A stretch of 64,000 bases of DNA, from the NCBI GenBank assembly GCA_965287045.1, contig OZ336880.1, positions 4,960,001 to 5,024,000 on the forward strand, read 5' to 3'. How positions within the stretch are numbered: the first letter of the stretch is position 1; every line of letters starts with the position of its first letter. Of this stretch, positions 36,505 through 50,110 are shown one piece after another. The notes beneath the pieces are model-generated. The model did no database searches, was not told the DNA's origin, and worked only from the letters and a program-made list of their open reading frames with translations. The position numbers and the translations under genes are program-made. This stretch comes from Carcharhinus amblyrhynchos (lineage: Eukaryota).

Positions 36505-39500
36505 GAAGAGGTAAGTGCGAGAGGCGACTTGATTGAAGTATGTATGATCGACTTAAGGATAAAGCAGGGAACTTGTGCTTGGAAGCAGAGGATGTGGGCG
36601 AGATCCTAAATGAGTACTTTGCATCAGTATTCACCAAGGAGAAGGATGTGGAAGATAGTGAGATTAGTATGGAGCAACCGGCTCAAGCTTCGTGCCATTT
36701 TCGCACCGCTAAGGGGCCATAATAATTGGAAACTGTTCAGTGTCAAGCATGAATCAGATTTTTAGTTGTACACACTATTTTCCCAGCTTACTGCACTGAT
36801 CACCAACGTAGTGAGGTGGTAAAATCACACCCGGTGTCACTCATGCATGATAGTTCAGAGTTCATGCGTTGAGCTCATTGTCGGAAAACAGTCAAATTGA
36901 AGGCCCTGCAAAAGTGGACTATTCAGTCCGATAGGGTAGTTAAAATGGGTTCAACAGCAGGGGTCATATATCTGGGAATATCATAGGATTCCCTCAAAGA
37001 GATGGGGTGGGATTCTCCCAAAAATCTTAAGTGTTGAATTCGCTTAAAAACTGGAGGTAAATCCCACTGTTTTTTTCAGCAGGATTTTCAAAGTGAATCT
37101 CCCACATACAGAGTGCACTGGCATTCCAGTGGAACCTCATGCAAAATATAAGTTGATCATTGTTTATCCTTACCAGGTGATCAAGTTTCTTTACAGATGA
37201 ACTTGGGGTAGAAGTCAAATTGAGTAACAGTTTAAATGTAACAGTTTCCAGGTTTAGAGAGGTATGGGTCTGTTTCCTTTTCTGCAACTGGTGTTGTGTA
37301 GACAGAAAACTAGCTTTCTTTTCATTCTCGGAACAATAAAGGAATTTATATCAGAAGATAGTTTTTTTCACATGATCAACTTATATTGTCCATCCAGAAT
37401 TATCTGGAAATCTGCAACCATAGCTACGTAGTGGTGTAATGGATGAGTTTTCATGCTTAATTAAAGTGAATTAGTTTCTTCCCAGCTCTCATTGTTAAGG
37501 TTCAAATTCTGAGATGCAGGCCTTAAGTTTTTCCCATTGAGCATGCACATTTGCCAGGCCCCAGAAGTGGGCATGAAACGGAAACTTGAGATAGTCTGTG
37601 AAGAAATTGCAGAAGTCAATTGATCCTCGGGAATTGTCTTAACAGTCCTGCTAGAGTAAATTTTAAAATAAAATCCATTCCATTAGAGTATATACTGAAT
37701 GCTGTCCATATTTGAAGTTGTGAATCGGACATGCCTTCACTGGGCATGAAGAAAGACATTGCTGGAAATTCAAGGAATATTGCCAAACTGGTAGAGTGTA
37801 TTATGGCACATGTAAGCAACATGTAATTAGGATATGCAGAGGATGTTGATAAGCTAACTGGGTGTTGCCACAGCTGCCAGAACTTTCCACTTTGACTCAA
37901 AAGCTGCTGTTATGTGCCTGCAGCAGACAACATAATTAAAAAAAAACAGTACATTCTGGACTGATTTCACTTTGTACTGATTCTGCAGAAAACACCCTCT
38001 GCAACTTGCAAAGGTTGTACTTAATTGGTGAAAATCTGCTTTTTGCTTTCAAAGGATATCAGATTGAACAAATATATGTTTTGTCCAGTGGTTTTTACCT
38101 CATAATTAAAATAACATCCCGTTGATTAAAATGCAGTATTCTTGTTTTTTTTCAATGAACCTAGCCCATGTGATTTAGGATACATTACCTGCAGGATTTT
38201 ATGAATTCTGTATTAGATTTTATGGAGTATATTGCTATTAGGCACAAATGTTGCACACACTGGAGAAGTTTTATTTGCAGATAATTGGTATTGCAGTGAC
38301 AATAGGGAATGGTAAATTTATTTTAAAAATAAATTTGAATATTCACACATGAACATCATGCAAAAATAAAAAGATATTTCCTGTTTCTGGCTTGGAAAGG
38401 ACCCAGAACAGAGCTTTAGGCAAAATGTTTAACTATTTGCCAAGTGGATCCACTTAATTTATGACTCTTTTAAGTAGGTGGGATATACAGTGCAATGTGA
38501 TAGTATCTAGGGTTACTTGAAGTCAATTTCCCTGCCATTGCCCTCATGACAGATAGCAGCAACATATCCAAGCACCCACACTTGTCCAGGTGTTGAAGCA
38601 TTGTAGCTGGGAATCCCTCAGGTTAAAGGTCAGAAAAATTAGCCCATAATTTATGTATCCTGTAATCCACATGGTACTGAGAATTAACATCCTTTGTAGC
38701 ACAAAGACCAACAAGCACTCAGGCAGATGCTATGCGTAGGCAGTTCACCTCCAAGTCACATGCCTTTCTGACTTGAAACTGCATCGTTGTTCTTTCACTG
38801 TCACTAGATCAAAATCCTGGAACTCCTTTCAAAACAGCACTGTGGGTGTATCTACACCATATGGACTGCTGTTCAAGAAGGTGCTCACCACCAATTTCTC
38901 AAGGACAATTAGAGATGGACAACAAATTCTCCAGCATAGTACTGAGAAAGCACACTGTCAGAGGAGTCACCATAGGTGTCTTGGCCAATATTTATCCCTT
39001 AGTCAACATCACTCAAGAAATAGATTATCTGGTCATTGCAATGTTGCTGTTCGAGGAAACTGTGACTAGATTTCAAAAATACTTAATTGCCTCTAAAACA
39101 ATTTATCTGAGCAAGGTTTTGTTAAAAAAGTATATTTTTGTATTGCCTTTCATAAACTCAAAACACCCCAAATCGTCTTACAACCAATGAAGTAGTTTTG
39201 AATTATATTCATTATTCTTGGTTTTGCAATGCAGCTGTGAGATTCTTCAAATGATGCCCGATGACAATAAAGAACAGTGCCTATGCTTAACATCTATTGT
39301 TGAACAGGGAAGCTTGGGAATTTAAAAAACATTGAGAGGTATTTTATGGCTTATGCAGTCTTAACATCCTACTTGTATCAATGTATGGCACAATGCTCAG
39401 ACAGAAAAGAAATTCTAGTAAATTAAAGCAAAATAAAACATTTGAATAGCCTTTATTCTGCAGCAATCTAGTAGCATCTTAAGTAAGTTAACTTGCTTCT

Positions 39501-41269
39501 TTTATGATTTTTCAGTTGCTATTTTGCCCCTTGTGATGCAGGGATTAAGTACTCAAAGTACAAAAATTCCAGCAGAGTAATCTTTTATTCCACTGTCATT
39601 ACGCCCTTGCTCATCCCAAAACCCTAAAATCCCGCCGAAGGTCAATGGACCTTTCCATGGTCTGTCCCCCGCCTGCTCTGATCCCTGTGGTGGTGGGCTG
39701 GTAAAGCTCTGGCTCTAATCTACAAATAAATGTACAGTATGGCTTATTCTAAAGAAATGGACTTGTTTTTACAATGGACAACTGTTGCTCGACATTACAA
39801 AATCCAGAAGAACCACTGAAAGTTCAACTTTTGTCTTAAGTCAGCATTGCTATGAAATTGCTTATTAAACAATAGGAGCTGATGTGCCTTGAGGTAAGCA
39901 AGAATGCAAAGTTGTGATCCTGAACTGTTTTCCTTTCTTTGCTGTGCTCCAAGCCCAGTTTGTGAAGATTGGGGTTCAGAAATAAAGAAAGGCGAGAGGC
40001 GACATACTTCCACTGGTTCCCCTTGACCATGCCATCCAGATTACCTTATCATACAAGCCACAAATGATATCTTCAGCTTTTTGCAACTCAGGGGGAATCC
40101 GTGCTATTCAGACCATCCTCTTGGATCCCTATCTGTTCAATGCCCACTCTAGTTCTCATCAGGCCCTGGTTTAACCCTTAGATTGAACTCTCGGGTGCCT
40201 GTTTTAGTCCACTCTTCATGGCGATGTGGAGTATTTGAAATAATTCAACATTAAATATTAATAGCTTTGAAGTAGACACGCATAGTTATGAGCATTAACA
40301 GCTTTAAAGCAAGTTATTTTTATTCTTTCATGGGATGTAGCATTGTTGACTGGGCAACATTTGTTCCCCATCCCTAAATGCCCCTTGAACTGAGTGGCTT
40401 GTTACGCCATTGGAGCCCTTTCTCAATATACTGGTTTGGGAATGTAACAATCACAAAATTAATGACCTTCACAGGATGGGTAAGTAACTCCTAATTTAGT
40501 TACAGCTACAGTCTGCATAATGCTCCTTATTACGATTTATTGTGTAAGGATGGTAACCAAAAGATATAAATATGTTACACAGCCTTGGCATCAAGCACGC
40601 ATTTTGCAGGAGCAGGGTTATGTCTCCCCACTACTGCTACTTACAGACTTGAATGGTTTCATTCTTTTACCATAACAATGGACTCTGGTGCAAGCCTGGC
40701 CTCCTCCCCCTCCCAAGCCTGCCATGGGCAACGTTCCCTACACCAAAAGTGCCTACAAGGGTCAATCAATTCCTGTGGCAATGCTTTCCCCAACCATTGC
40801 CCCTGCTAGCTAAGGCCCAGCTGACAGAATTTCCCGGCAGCCACGGGGAATGTCCTGTAGAAGATACTCTGCAGAAGGCACAGTCTGGCACCCGGACCCA
40901 CACCAAGTCACGGTAACAATACATATCACACAATTACTGTTTACTACAGCAATCCCATAGTTCAAATGAGCTACGAAAGCTAAAACATTTGAATCAACAT
41001 GAGTGAAAGCATGATCTAGGCAAGCGGTGAGGATTAGGATCATATCCAGATTTTGCTTGAGATTATTTTCTTAGTCTATAATGTGTGCAGGCACTTTCAA
41101 TAGATTTTGTAGAAATATCAGGGATGTCAGAAACAACATTAACTTTGTCTTTCTCAATAGGACGGGGCTGAGTCAGAGTTCAGCCACGGCAGGATCAATG
41201 TTATTCCTGTCTTCAGGGATGTCATGAGCAAAACACTTGCTGCTTCAGCTGCAGTCTCACTAAATTTTT

Positions 41270-42165
41270 GCACATTCTTCTTTTGGATGTAACAGTCTCC
41301 CTTCTGAATGCCTTGATTGAACCTGCCTCCACTACATTCCACAGTAAATTTCATTCTCTAACTACTCACTGCGTAAAAACGATTTTCCTCACGCCACCTA
41401 TGCTTCTTTTGCCAATTACCTTAAATTTCTACCTTCCTGTTCTCAATCCATGCATGATAGGAATATTTTTTCCCTATGTATTTTGCAGACCACTCGTGAT
41501 TTTGAATATCTGAGTTTTCTCCAAGGAGAGCAACTGCAACTTCTTCAATTTACCTCTGCAACTGAAGTTCCTCATTACTATAACCATTCTCATAAATCTT
41601 TTCTGCATGAGGGGTGGGGAGCTAATATTCAGCAGTGGTGACAGGTTGTAAGTCTGAAGCTTTTTTCTTTTATTCCCTTTCCCCATTGTTCACAAACGGC
41701 ACTTGGAGAACAGCAGAGAAACAAAACATAGCTCATAGCTATGCTTTCACTGTTCCCCTCAACCATATGTAAGACAGATTATTTTACCATCCAGACCATA
41801 AATAGGATCTTTAGTTTCTCAGACTCCTCTGACTAATACGATTCCACGCTATTCAGACAGCCCTCCTGGAACTCTAAATACGAACATACGAAACAGGAGC
41901 GAGTAGGCCACCTGGCCCCACGAACATTCTCCACCATTCAATAAGATTATGGTCGATCTGTGTGTGTTTCGAATTCCACATTCCTATCTGCTTTCTGTAA
42001 TCTTTGATCCCCTTGCAAGTATCCATCTACTTCCACCTTAAAAATACTCAGTGACTTCATCTCCATCATCTTCTGAGGCACAAGTTGCACAACCTTTAGA
42101 GAAAACAATTGTCCTAATATCTGTACGAAAAAGCTGACCTCTAATCTTAATGTCCCCTTAGTTCT
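41270..42165 (-). mobile_element. Two old CR1 3' fragments (about 41270-41600 and 41880-42165)
   Basis: Reverse-complement CR1 C-terminal and 3' UTR motifs (aacatacgaaacaggagcgagtaggcca; ccattcaataagat). Confidence 0.65.
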
Positions 42166-42225
42166 GAATGTTGGGTGAATGAGCTGTGGAGTCAGCTCCA
42201 CAGTGGTAGAGAGTGGTAGCTCCAC

Positions 42226-42575
42226 TAGAGTTAGAGAGATTCTTCCCGCTTAGAAAGGATAGCAGAACTAGAGGGCACAGCCTCAAAATAAGGGGGGGGG
42301 GCAATTTAGATCGGAGTTGAGGAGGAACTTCTTCACTCAAAGGGTGGTGAGTCTCTGGAATTCTCTGCCCATCTGAAGTGGTGGAGGTTACCACACTGAA
42401 TATATTTAAGTCACGGGTAGACAGGTTTCTGATAAACAAGGGAATTAGGGGCTATGGGGAGAAAGCGGGAAAGTGGAACTGATCTACTTCAGATCAGCCA
42501 TGATCTTGTTGAATGGCAGGGCAGGCTCGAAGGGCTAGATGGCCTACTCCTGCTCCTATTTTTTATGTTCTTATG
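42226..42575 (+). mobile_element. Short 3' fragment of the young CR1 lineage (copy 4, more diverged)
   Basis: Aligns with 33236-33584 but has visibly more substitutions; same tail. Confidence 0.9.
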
Positions 42576-43784
42576 AGCCATGGCCAGAAACAGCAGTTTG
42601 TCTTCAGTAATACAGACAAGGCCTGGGGACCAAATTTAATAAATGCTTGGGGTTTTGATTAGGTCACATTTTTATCTGGCCTGGATATGATCTTACCTTG
42701 AAATCTTCACAAATGCATTTATGATATTACCACACAAACAAACCAGAGAAGTTCTCACCCTTTGTGATTAATCAAGTTACATACAGTGTGGTTTCATTGA
42801 TCACTCTAATGCCTTGAAGGCATAAATACTTAGTCAAGTGAATTTAAAAACAAAACTGCAACAATAAACCCACAGACATTAAAACATCAGTCAAGCTTCC
42901 TTCTGCATTAAAATTACAATATCATCAAATAATTTTACCTTTTTACTGACATTCAATTGAAAGAACTAATTATGTGTTGGAAATTCATGTTCTCTTTTCC
43001 TTTATCCCTTTCACTTGTTTAAAAGAAAGCACTAAACATAATGTTTCATCTCTTACAATTTCTAATGCTACAATGGTGTCCATAAAATTGAAATAATGCT
43101 TTTAAAATAAAGAGTCTAAATTATCTAATTAAACTGGGTGAAGGATGGTTTTATGGATGAATGTTGCTTCGCTGAGCAATACAAAGTATCAAAGGCCCCA
43201 GATTCAATCCTTGGGCCATCTAATTATAGCTAGCATAGCTTTTGGATATTACAATTCGGAATGGCCAAGAGCTGGGAAAATAAAATCTCAGTGTTCTATA
43301 TGTGTAGCGTGAAGGATGGACTGGACTAATTTGTGACATAATCATAGGTGCATTGGTGACGTTCATTCTCAAGAATCATATTTTAAGAATGGCCATGTAC
43401 TTAGTGGACATTCAAGAAATTGGCTATCATTATGGAATCATACCACAAGGAAAAGGTATATCTTGAAAGAACAAAACAAAATTAGGATGACTGCACTGAA
43501 TTGCATTCTGAATTTCACCCTGCAACAGATATTGCACTTGCTGCACTGCAAATATTTCAAGTAGCCAATGTTCAGCAAAAATGCCTGAGTTTGTAAAGCA
43601 GTTTAGTTTGACAGTGCTAATGACTGAACTCCCAAGGGAACATCAAAGGCATTGTAAAATTTCACAATGCTGCGTGCACATGGAAATCATTGGCTTGATT
43701 TTTCTCTCTGTTACATCCAGGGAATGCTTTATGTCCTCTCAACAGGAAAATCTGCTTCAGATTTATAAAGCCTGTTTTCACTGA

Positions 43785-44535
43785 AATAAAAGTATCACCA
43801 GCATCATTAACATAGTAAAATGCCCCAAGATATATCACAGAGACAGTATCAAACAAAACTTGACACAAAGACATACTGGAAATAATAGAACAGGTAACCA
43901 AAATCTTGGTAAAAATGGTTGGTTTTAAGGAGCGTCTTTAAGGAGGAGAGAGAGTACAGCTGAAAAGATTTAAGAAGGGAATTGAAGTGCTGAGGGTACT
44001 GCAAGAAAGACAAAGGTTGCCAATGGTGCAGTGATTAAAATCAGGGATCCACAAGAGGCCAGAATCGAGGGATTAGCAATCTCAGGGGTTGTAGCACTGG
44101 AGAATATTAGAGATATGGAGGGCAAGGATGGATATTTTAACATTGAGACACTGCTAAGCTGGGAGCCAACATCGGTCATCAAACACAGGAGTGATGGGTG
44201 AATGGGACTTCACAAAAATTAGGATATGCACAACAACATTTTGGATGACCTCAAGTTTACAGAGGGAGCAAAGTGGGAGGCCAATCTTGAGAGTAATGGG
44301 ATTGTAGAGTCTAGAGGTAACAAAGACATGAATGAAGATTTATTCAGTGATGGGTTGAGGCAGGGGTGGAGTGGACAATGCTAGAGGTACATTTAGGTGG
44401 TCATGATATTCAAGAGTATTTAGGGTTAGAAGTTCAGTTCAGGTTTAACTGTGACACCAAAGTTATGAAATCTCTAGTGCAGTTTCATACAGTAATCAGG
44501 GAAAGTGATGGAGTTTGGGTAAGGGAATGGAGACT
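43785..44535 (-). mobile_element. Old L2-type LINE 3' portion
   Basis: Similar to the other L2 copies (aaaacttgacac; ggttttaaggagcgtctt; ttggatgacctcaagttta). Confidence 0.7.
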
Positions 44536-44620
44536 AACAACTAACAATCTTTCTTACAACAAGCAAAGCCTTAAATGAACAATGTACTATTGCAGTCTAC
44601 AGAGTCCATTTAAATACAAT

Positions 44621-44748
44621 GGGTGCGATTTTACTGCCTTGCTCGTCCCAAAACCATAAAATCCTGCCCGAGGGTCAGCGGACCTTCCTATAGTCCACCA
44701 TTCGCCTGCTCCGATTCCCATAGCAGGCAGAGCAGTAAAATTCCAGCC
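44621..44748. mobile_element. MITE with 14-bp TIRs and AAT TSD
   Basis: aat|GGGTGCGATTTTAC...GTAAAATTCCAGCC|aat. Confidence 0.8.
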
Positions 44749-45079
44749 AATATTTCTGAAATATGACAAACAGAATTCATGACCTAAACTGCAGTAACAT
44801 CTCTGAGTAAAATCAAAGGGACAGCAAAGTGCAGTCAGTGGAGGATAGTTACATAAAACAATAAGATGCATAAAACAAATCATGCTCTTTTACAGCAAAT
44901 TGGGTTCCAGATGGGATTAATATAGGAATTATCTAATTATCTCAATTCTGGCCAGGAGTAGTGGTGTCACTATATGCAGCTAATAAGTTAAATGGTAGGG
45001 ACTGAAGACAATAGTTTATTTAATATTTCAATAGAGAAACTTTCTGCATATCCAACACTGGATATGAGACAAACACAAT

Positions 45080-45248
45080 GGGTGGGATTATCCATGCAAC
45101 CCACCAAGTGTTTCGCAGTTGCGGAGGTGGCCTCCCATTGGCCTGTGGTGGGATCTTCTGGTCCTGCCATTATCAGCGAGGTTTCCCATTGAATGCACCC
45201 CTTGACACCATAAAACCTAGAGTGAGTGTGCGCCAGAAGGTCCTGACC
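45080..45248. mobile_element. MITE
   Basis: GGGTGGGATTATCC...AGAAGGTCCTGACC; flanks aat/aaa. Confidence 0.55.
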
Positions 45249-45897
45249 AAAATATTGTAACAGTGACTTCCCTGGCATTGAGAACGTAATCTTTTTTGTT
45301 CAAGTTCCAATTCTACCAAGCATCAATTACCACACAAATGGCTCTGGTTAGTGACTAAAACTGACAAACCAGAAAACTGTAATCTGGATGTAAGGTTAAG
45401 AATTTAATGAGAAATTGTCATCTCACTACCTGGATGGGACAGGGCAAAAGACAGCTGGGTGACAGCAGCTGCCTTATTTTCCTTCCATTAGTGAAAAGAC
45501 TATACCAGACTCTACCACTATCATGTAATCCCCCCATCTACCCTAAATTTTCTCTTTACTCTCTGCCCAGGTGATGTTTATCACCCAGGAAGTAGAGACA
45601 AAAATCTTCTTCATGATATTTTGTTGATAGTCTCTTGCTGCTGTGGTTTACTGTGCCAATACTCTGATTAAACTGTATCAATTGAGCTTGGAACTGATAG
45701 CACTGGTAAATTCAATGACCAGTTATCAAATGAGAATTCATCACCCACTTCAATCACGGTGAATTACATTCCAGGCTCCAGTGAAACCATATGTAATTTA
45801 CTTGCAGTACTCATTTCTGTCTCACAAATGCAGGATAAACTACCTCTTGTGGTATAAATCATTTCAAAATTGCTCTTATTTTGCTCCTTCAGACATA

Positions 45898-46207
45898 CGG
45901 GGGAGTTTTCCCATCCTGGTCCATCACGGGAATCGTAGCAGGCTGCTGGGGAGGCAGGAGGGTTGGGGAGGAGTGGGGGGTGGTGGTGGGGGGGGAGAGA
46001 GAGACCATGCTAAGGTCCATTGATCTCGGGTGGGTTTTTACTAGTTTTGGGGCGACTGTGGCCAGAAGACCCCACCCATTGGGGCTTGTTATTGTTGGGG
46101 TAAGGGTGGGGTTGGGCTGGAAAATGCAGCGAGCCAACCAAAGGTCCACTGGCTTCAACAGAACCAAAAAAAATCCCACAAGCGGGAGGGGCCATAAAAT
46201 TCTGCCC
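45898..46207. mobile_element. MITE with ATA TSD
   Basis: ata|CGGGGGAGTTTTCC...ATAAAATTCTGCCC|ata. Confidence 0.65.
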
Positions 46208-46396
46208 ATAATTTAATCATTACTTACATTCCACAAATTGTGTTGCCAATATTTTGTAAATTAATGTTTATTAATGGCAAAAACAATCTAAAACAAACTC
46301 AAAACATGGGTGATATTTTAATTAGGATTATCAGAAAAATAAAGCAGTTTTCAATCCTATTTATTTGTGGCCGAGATAGGAAATAGCACAAGGCGC

Positions 46397-46600
46397 AGTC
46401 CAAAGATGTGCAGGTTAGGTAGATTGGCCATGCTAAATTACCCCTATGTATCCCAAAATGTGTTGGCTGGAGCTTAAATATGTGGGGTTATGGAGATAGG
46501 GTGGTGGGGGTGGGCCTGGGTAAGATGCTCTGTTGGAGAGTTGACGTAGACTCAATGGGCCAAATGGCCTCCTTCTGCACGACAGGGATTTTATGGTTCT
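46397..46600 (+). mobile_element. 5'-truncated HE1-type SINE
   Basis: agtccaaagatgtgcaggttagg...gggccaaatggcctccttctgcac. Confidence 0.85.
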
Positions 46601-46784
46601 ATTATAATATTCAATAAAACATGAACATTGGTTTAAATTTCTACAATATTCAAATTGTAGGTTTGAGTCATTTCATCACAATTTGTAAATTATTGGGATT
46701 TAACCCACTGCACAATAGATTTTGATTATAAACCATCAGAGTTAACCACTTTTAAAGAATTTCATAGGAGAGAATACAGTGTAT

Positions 46785-47512
46785 AGGAGATTTACCAGGA
46801 TGTTGCCTGGGATGGAACATTTAAGTTATAGAACATAGAACATAACAGCGCAGGACAGGCCCTTCGGCCCACGATGTTGCGCCGACCAGTTAAAAAACAA
46901 TGACCCTCTAACCTAAACCAATCCCTTTTCATCCATAAACCTATCCACGGATCTCTTAAACGCTCCCAAACTAGGCGCATTTACAACTGCAGCAGGCAGG
47001 ACATTCCAATCCCTCACCACCCTCTGGGTAAAGAACCTACCCCTGACATCCAAAACCTACCCCTGACATCCAAAGCATGAAGAGAGGTTGGATAGGCTTG
47101 GGTTGCTTTCTTTGGAGCGGAGAAGACTGAGGGGCGACCTGATTGAAGTGTTCAAGATTATGAGGAGCATGGACAGTATGAATAGGAAGCAGCTGTTCCC
47201 CTTAGTTGAACAATCAGTTATGAGGGGACACAAGTTAAAAGTGAGGACTGGGAGGTTTGGGGGGGTTTTGAGGAAAAGCTTTTATACTCAGAGGGTGGTG
47301 GCAGTCTGGAACGCAACGCCTGGTAGGGTGGTGGAGGTAGGATACGTCATATCCTTTAAAAAGTACCTGGATGAGCACTTGACACACCGTAACATTCAAG
47401 GCTATGGGCCAAGTGCTAGCAAGTGGGATCAGGTGGGCAGGTCAGAGTATTTCATGCATGGTGCAGACTCGATGGGCTGAAGGGTCTCTTCTGCACTGTA
47501 ATATTCTGTGAT
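46785..47512 (+). mobile_element. CR1/HER1-type LINE 3' end, interrupted by an opposite-strand CR1 tail (46830-47075)
   Basis: RLGLLSLERRRLRGDLIEVFKIM...RGHK...WNATP; tail gtgcagactcgatgggctgaagggtctcttctgcactgta resembles the SINE tails. Confidence 0.85.
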
Positions 47513-47897
47513 AGTAAGAAACACTGGGAGCAGGTGCACAGCAGCGGTTTCGCCAGCTGACATAATTCCAGTGAATCCTCACTATTTAATTGGCTTTTTC
47601 CAACATTGCAAAAGCACTGACCCACTTTCCCTTTGACAAAAGTTCCCTATTGTTAGTGTTGTTGCAAAGTCATGCTTTATATAAAAAATGATTACTGAAT
47701 TTACTGGTTGGAAACCGTTAATTGATTTTTAAAAATAAAGGACTGAAGCTACACTCTCGTGACTTGGGATCACAGTCAAAGACAGCTGCAGACGGGCCAA
47801 ATGCATTCTGAAACAATTGAAATACAGACAAGCTGTCCGCAAAAGCAAAACGGAAAGAAGATGAATAGGAGCTATTACAAAAGCAATAAAGGCCATG

Positions 47898-49562
47898 CGT
47901 CATCATCAATAGATCTCCTGTGGGCTTCCTGGAGTACGAGCTGGGTTGAGTGAGTAGAGGAGGCTAGCCCAATGGGAAGCAGTCAGCATTGGTTTTAAGC
48001 CTGTAACTTTACCCAGAGATGTAGGTGAAGATTACCTGACTATGAACTGCAGGATCAGCCCTTTCCTTTGTCAATAAAGGGTGTTAGAGATGAAAAGTTG
48101 ATGTTTGGCTGAATTACTACATTGGTGATGTGGAAAATCTTTTCCCTCCATCTTTCCCTATGGACAACCTCCAAATGTCAAAAATCTTTTCTGGTAAAAA
48201 AAAAAGCCATTATGTCTCTTTTTGGGAAGCTCAAGCCTTATGACACCAATGGGGAAGACTGGGCCCAATACATTGACACACACGTTACTTCTTCCATGCT
48301 AGCAACATTGAAGAAGACGAAAAACAAAAATTGATATTGTTAACAGCAGATGGTGCCCTGATTTTCAGTGTGATAAGAAGTCTGACCGGTCAGCTTTGCA
48401 CCAGATTGAGCCTGTAATTCCCAAATTTGGTGGGGAGGGTGGAGTCCCAGTAGGAAAATCAAAATAGAACCTTTGATTCTGCAAAGATAGAAAGAACTTT
48501 TACATTAGATGATGTGGTTCACATAAGGAACCTCGGGGATGGCCCAGATGGGTCCCTGAGATTGTTAGAGAGAAAATGGGACCACTACCTTACAAGAACA
48601 AAGTTCAGAGTACTTCAGGAAGCATGGTGGCACAGTGGTTAGCACTGCTGTTTCACAGCACCAGGGACCCAAGTTCAATTTTGGCCTTGGGTGACTGTCT
48701 GCATAGAGTTTGCACGTTCTCCCCATGTCTGCATGGGTTTCCTCTGGATGCTCCGGTTTCCTCCCTCAGTCCAAAATTTGTGAGAGTTAGATTGATTGAC
48801 CATACTAAATTGCCCCTTAGTGTCAGGGGGACTGGCTAAGTTAAATACATGATGTTATGGGGGATAGGGTCTGGGTGGGATGGTGGTCAGTGCAGACGCG
48901 ATGGGCAAAATGGCCTCCTTCTGTACTGTAGGAATCAATGGTTCAAATACCTAAAGAAGCACTTGCATCAGGGACCAGTGAGTCCCTGCCTGACAAGCCC
49001 CTGCCACCATCCATGGTGACAGCTGCTGCCAGCACCAGCCCTCAGCTCGAAGTTGACTCTGTGTTGGCCCCTGCAGATAGTGAAGGCATGGTGATGGAGG
49101 CTGAAGAAGTGGGCCTCTGGGCTGAAGCAGAACCTGAGGCAGAACCTGCTTCTGTAACCTAGTGGCACTCCGTCCAAAAGAGAAGGTCCTCCATTTGGTT
49201 TACATTGCCTGATCTAGCCCCACTTTCAACAGATCTCCATCCAAGCAACGGAAAGTACCTCCTCGCAACAGGGGTGCTGGGAGAGATGCTGATCTAATGG
49301 GAGAGGGATGTTATGACAGCCACAAAGATCACAGATCGCCCCATGGGCTTCCTGGAGTATGAGCTGCCTTACTGAGTGACCAGGAGGCTCGCCGAATGGG
49401 AAGTAGTCAGCAGGAGTTTTTAAGCTTGTTACTTTACCCGGACTGGATTTGTAAGTCCTGAGGTGAAGACCATCTGACTGTAAGCTGTAGGATCGGCCCT
49501 TTCCTTTGGTGCACAATGAAGAGTGTTGGTGATGGGGAACTGGCATTTGGTTGAATTGTTCT
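47898..49562 (+). mobile_element. Internally deleted Gypsy-type LTR retrotransposon with both LTRs
   Basis: 5' LTR ~47898-48121 ends CTACA, then PBS-like TGGTGATG and gag start MSLFGKLKPYDTNGEDWAQYI. A pol C-terminal remnant, PPT GGGAGAGGGA (49299-49308) and the 3' LTR from TGTTATGA (49309) follow. Confidence 0.8.
48618..48943 (+). mobile_element. HE1-type SINE nested in the LTR element
   Basis: agcatggtggcacagtggttagcactgctg...gatgggcaaaatggcctccttctgtactgtagg. Confidence 0.9.
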
Positions 49563-49939
49563 CTTATCCCATTAACAAAGCATCCAGTCAATCACCTTGG
49601 TATTTAACTGGGTGGAAATAAACCATTGGACATAATCATTTGGACAATGGAACCTGTGCCAAGAGGAATTCCAAGCCACGATCGAGTCACATTAACTGAA
49701 AACACAATCATATTTGGACGTAAGACAGTTGGAGAGAGAAGGTCATTTGTCAAGCTAATCCACTGAGTATTTAAGCACCTGTTTCCTCTGCAAAACGGGA
49801 CAAATAACAGACCCTGAAGTGGGTTCCTTCCCTCTCTCATTCTCTATCCAATCTGCAAATTTTGAACGTTATCTACTGATTTTGACTATACAGGTGTCAC
49901 AGAGAGCTTTTAAAAAGAACTCAACCCAGCACTGCTGTC

Positions 49940-50110
49940 TCCAGGAGTGAGTGGAGGTTCGCCCAATGGGAAGCAGCCAGCAGGAGTTTTTAAGCTGGTT
50001 ACTTCAGTCGAACTGGAGTTTTAGGTGCCGAGATGAAGACTACCTGACTACAAGTCGCAGGAGCGGTCCTTTAGTGCATAATAAAGGGATGGGAAACTGG
50101 CATTTGCTCC
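49940..50110 (+). repeat. Third, partial copy of the same LTR family
   Basis: ggaggttcgcccaatgggaagcagccagcaggagtttttaagc...tgaagactacctgacta matches both LTRs. Confidence 0.8.

Larger units (their letters stand above)
34405..36540 (+). mobile_element. Older CR1 LINE split by Rex1, CR1 and SINE insertions
   Basis: DNGEPADVLYLDSQKAFDKMPHQRLL...WIEDWL (34430-34575) resumes at ~35501 (SVLGPQ, KFADDTK), runs to ~36140 and continues briefly after the SINE. Confidence 0.8.
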
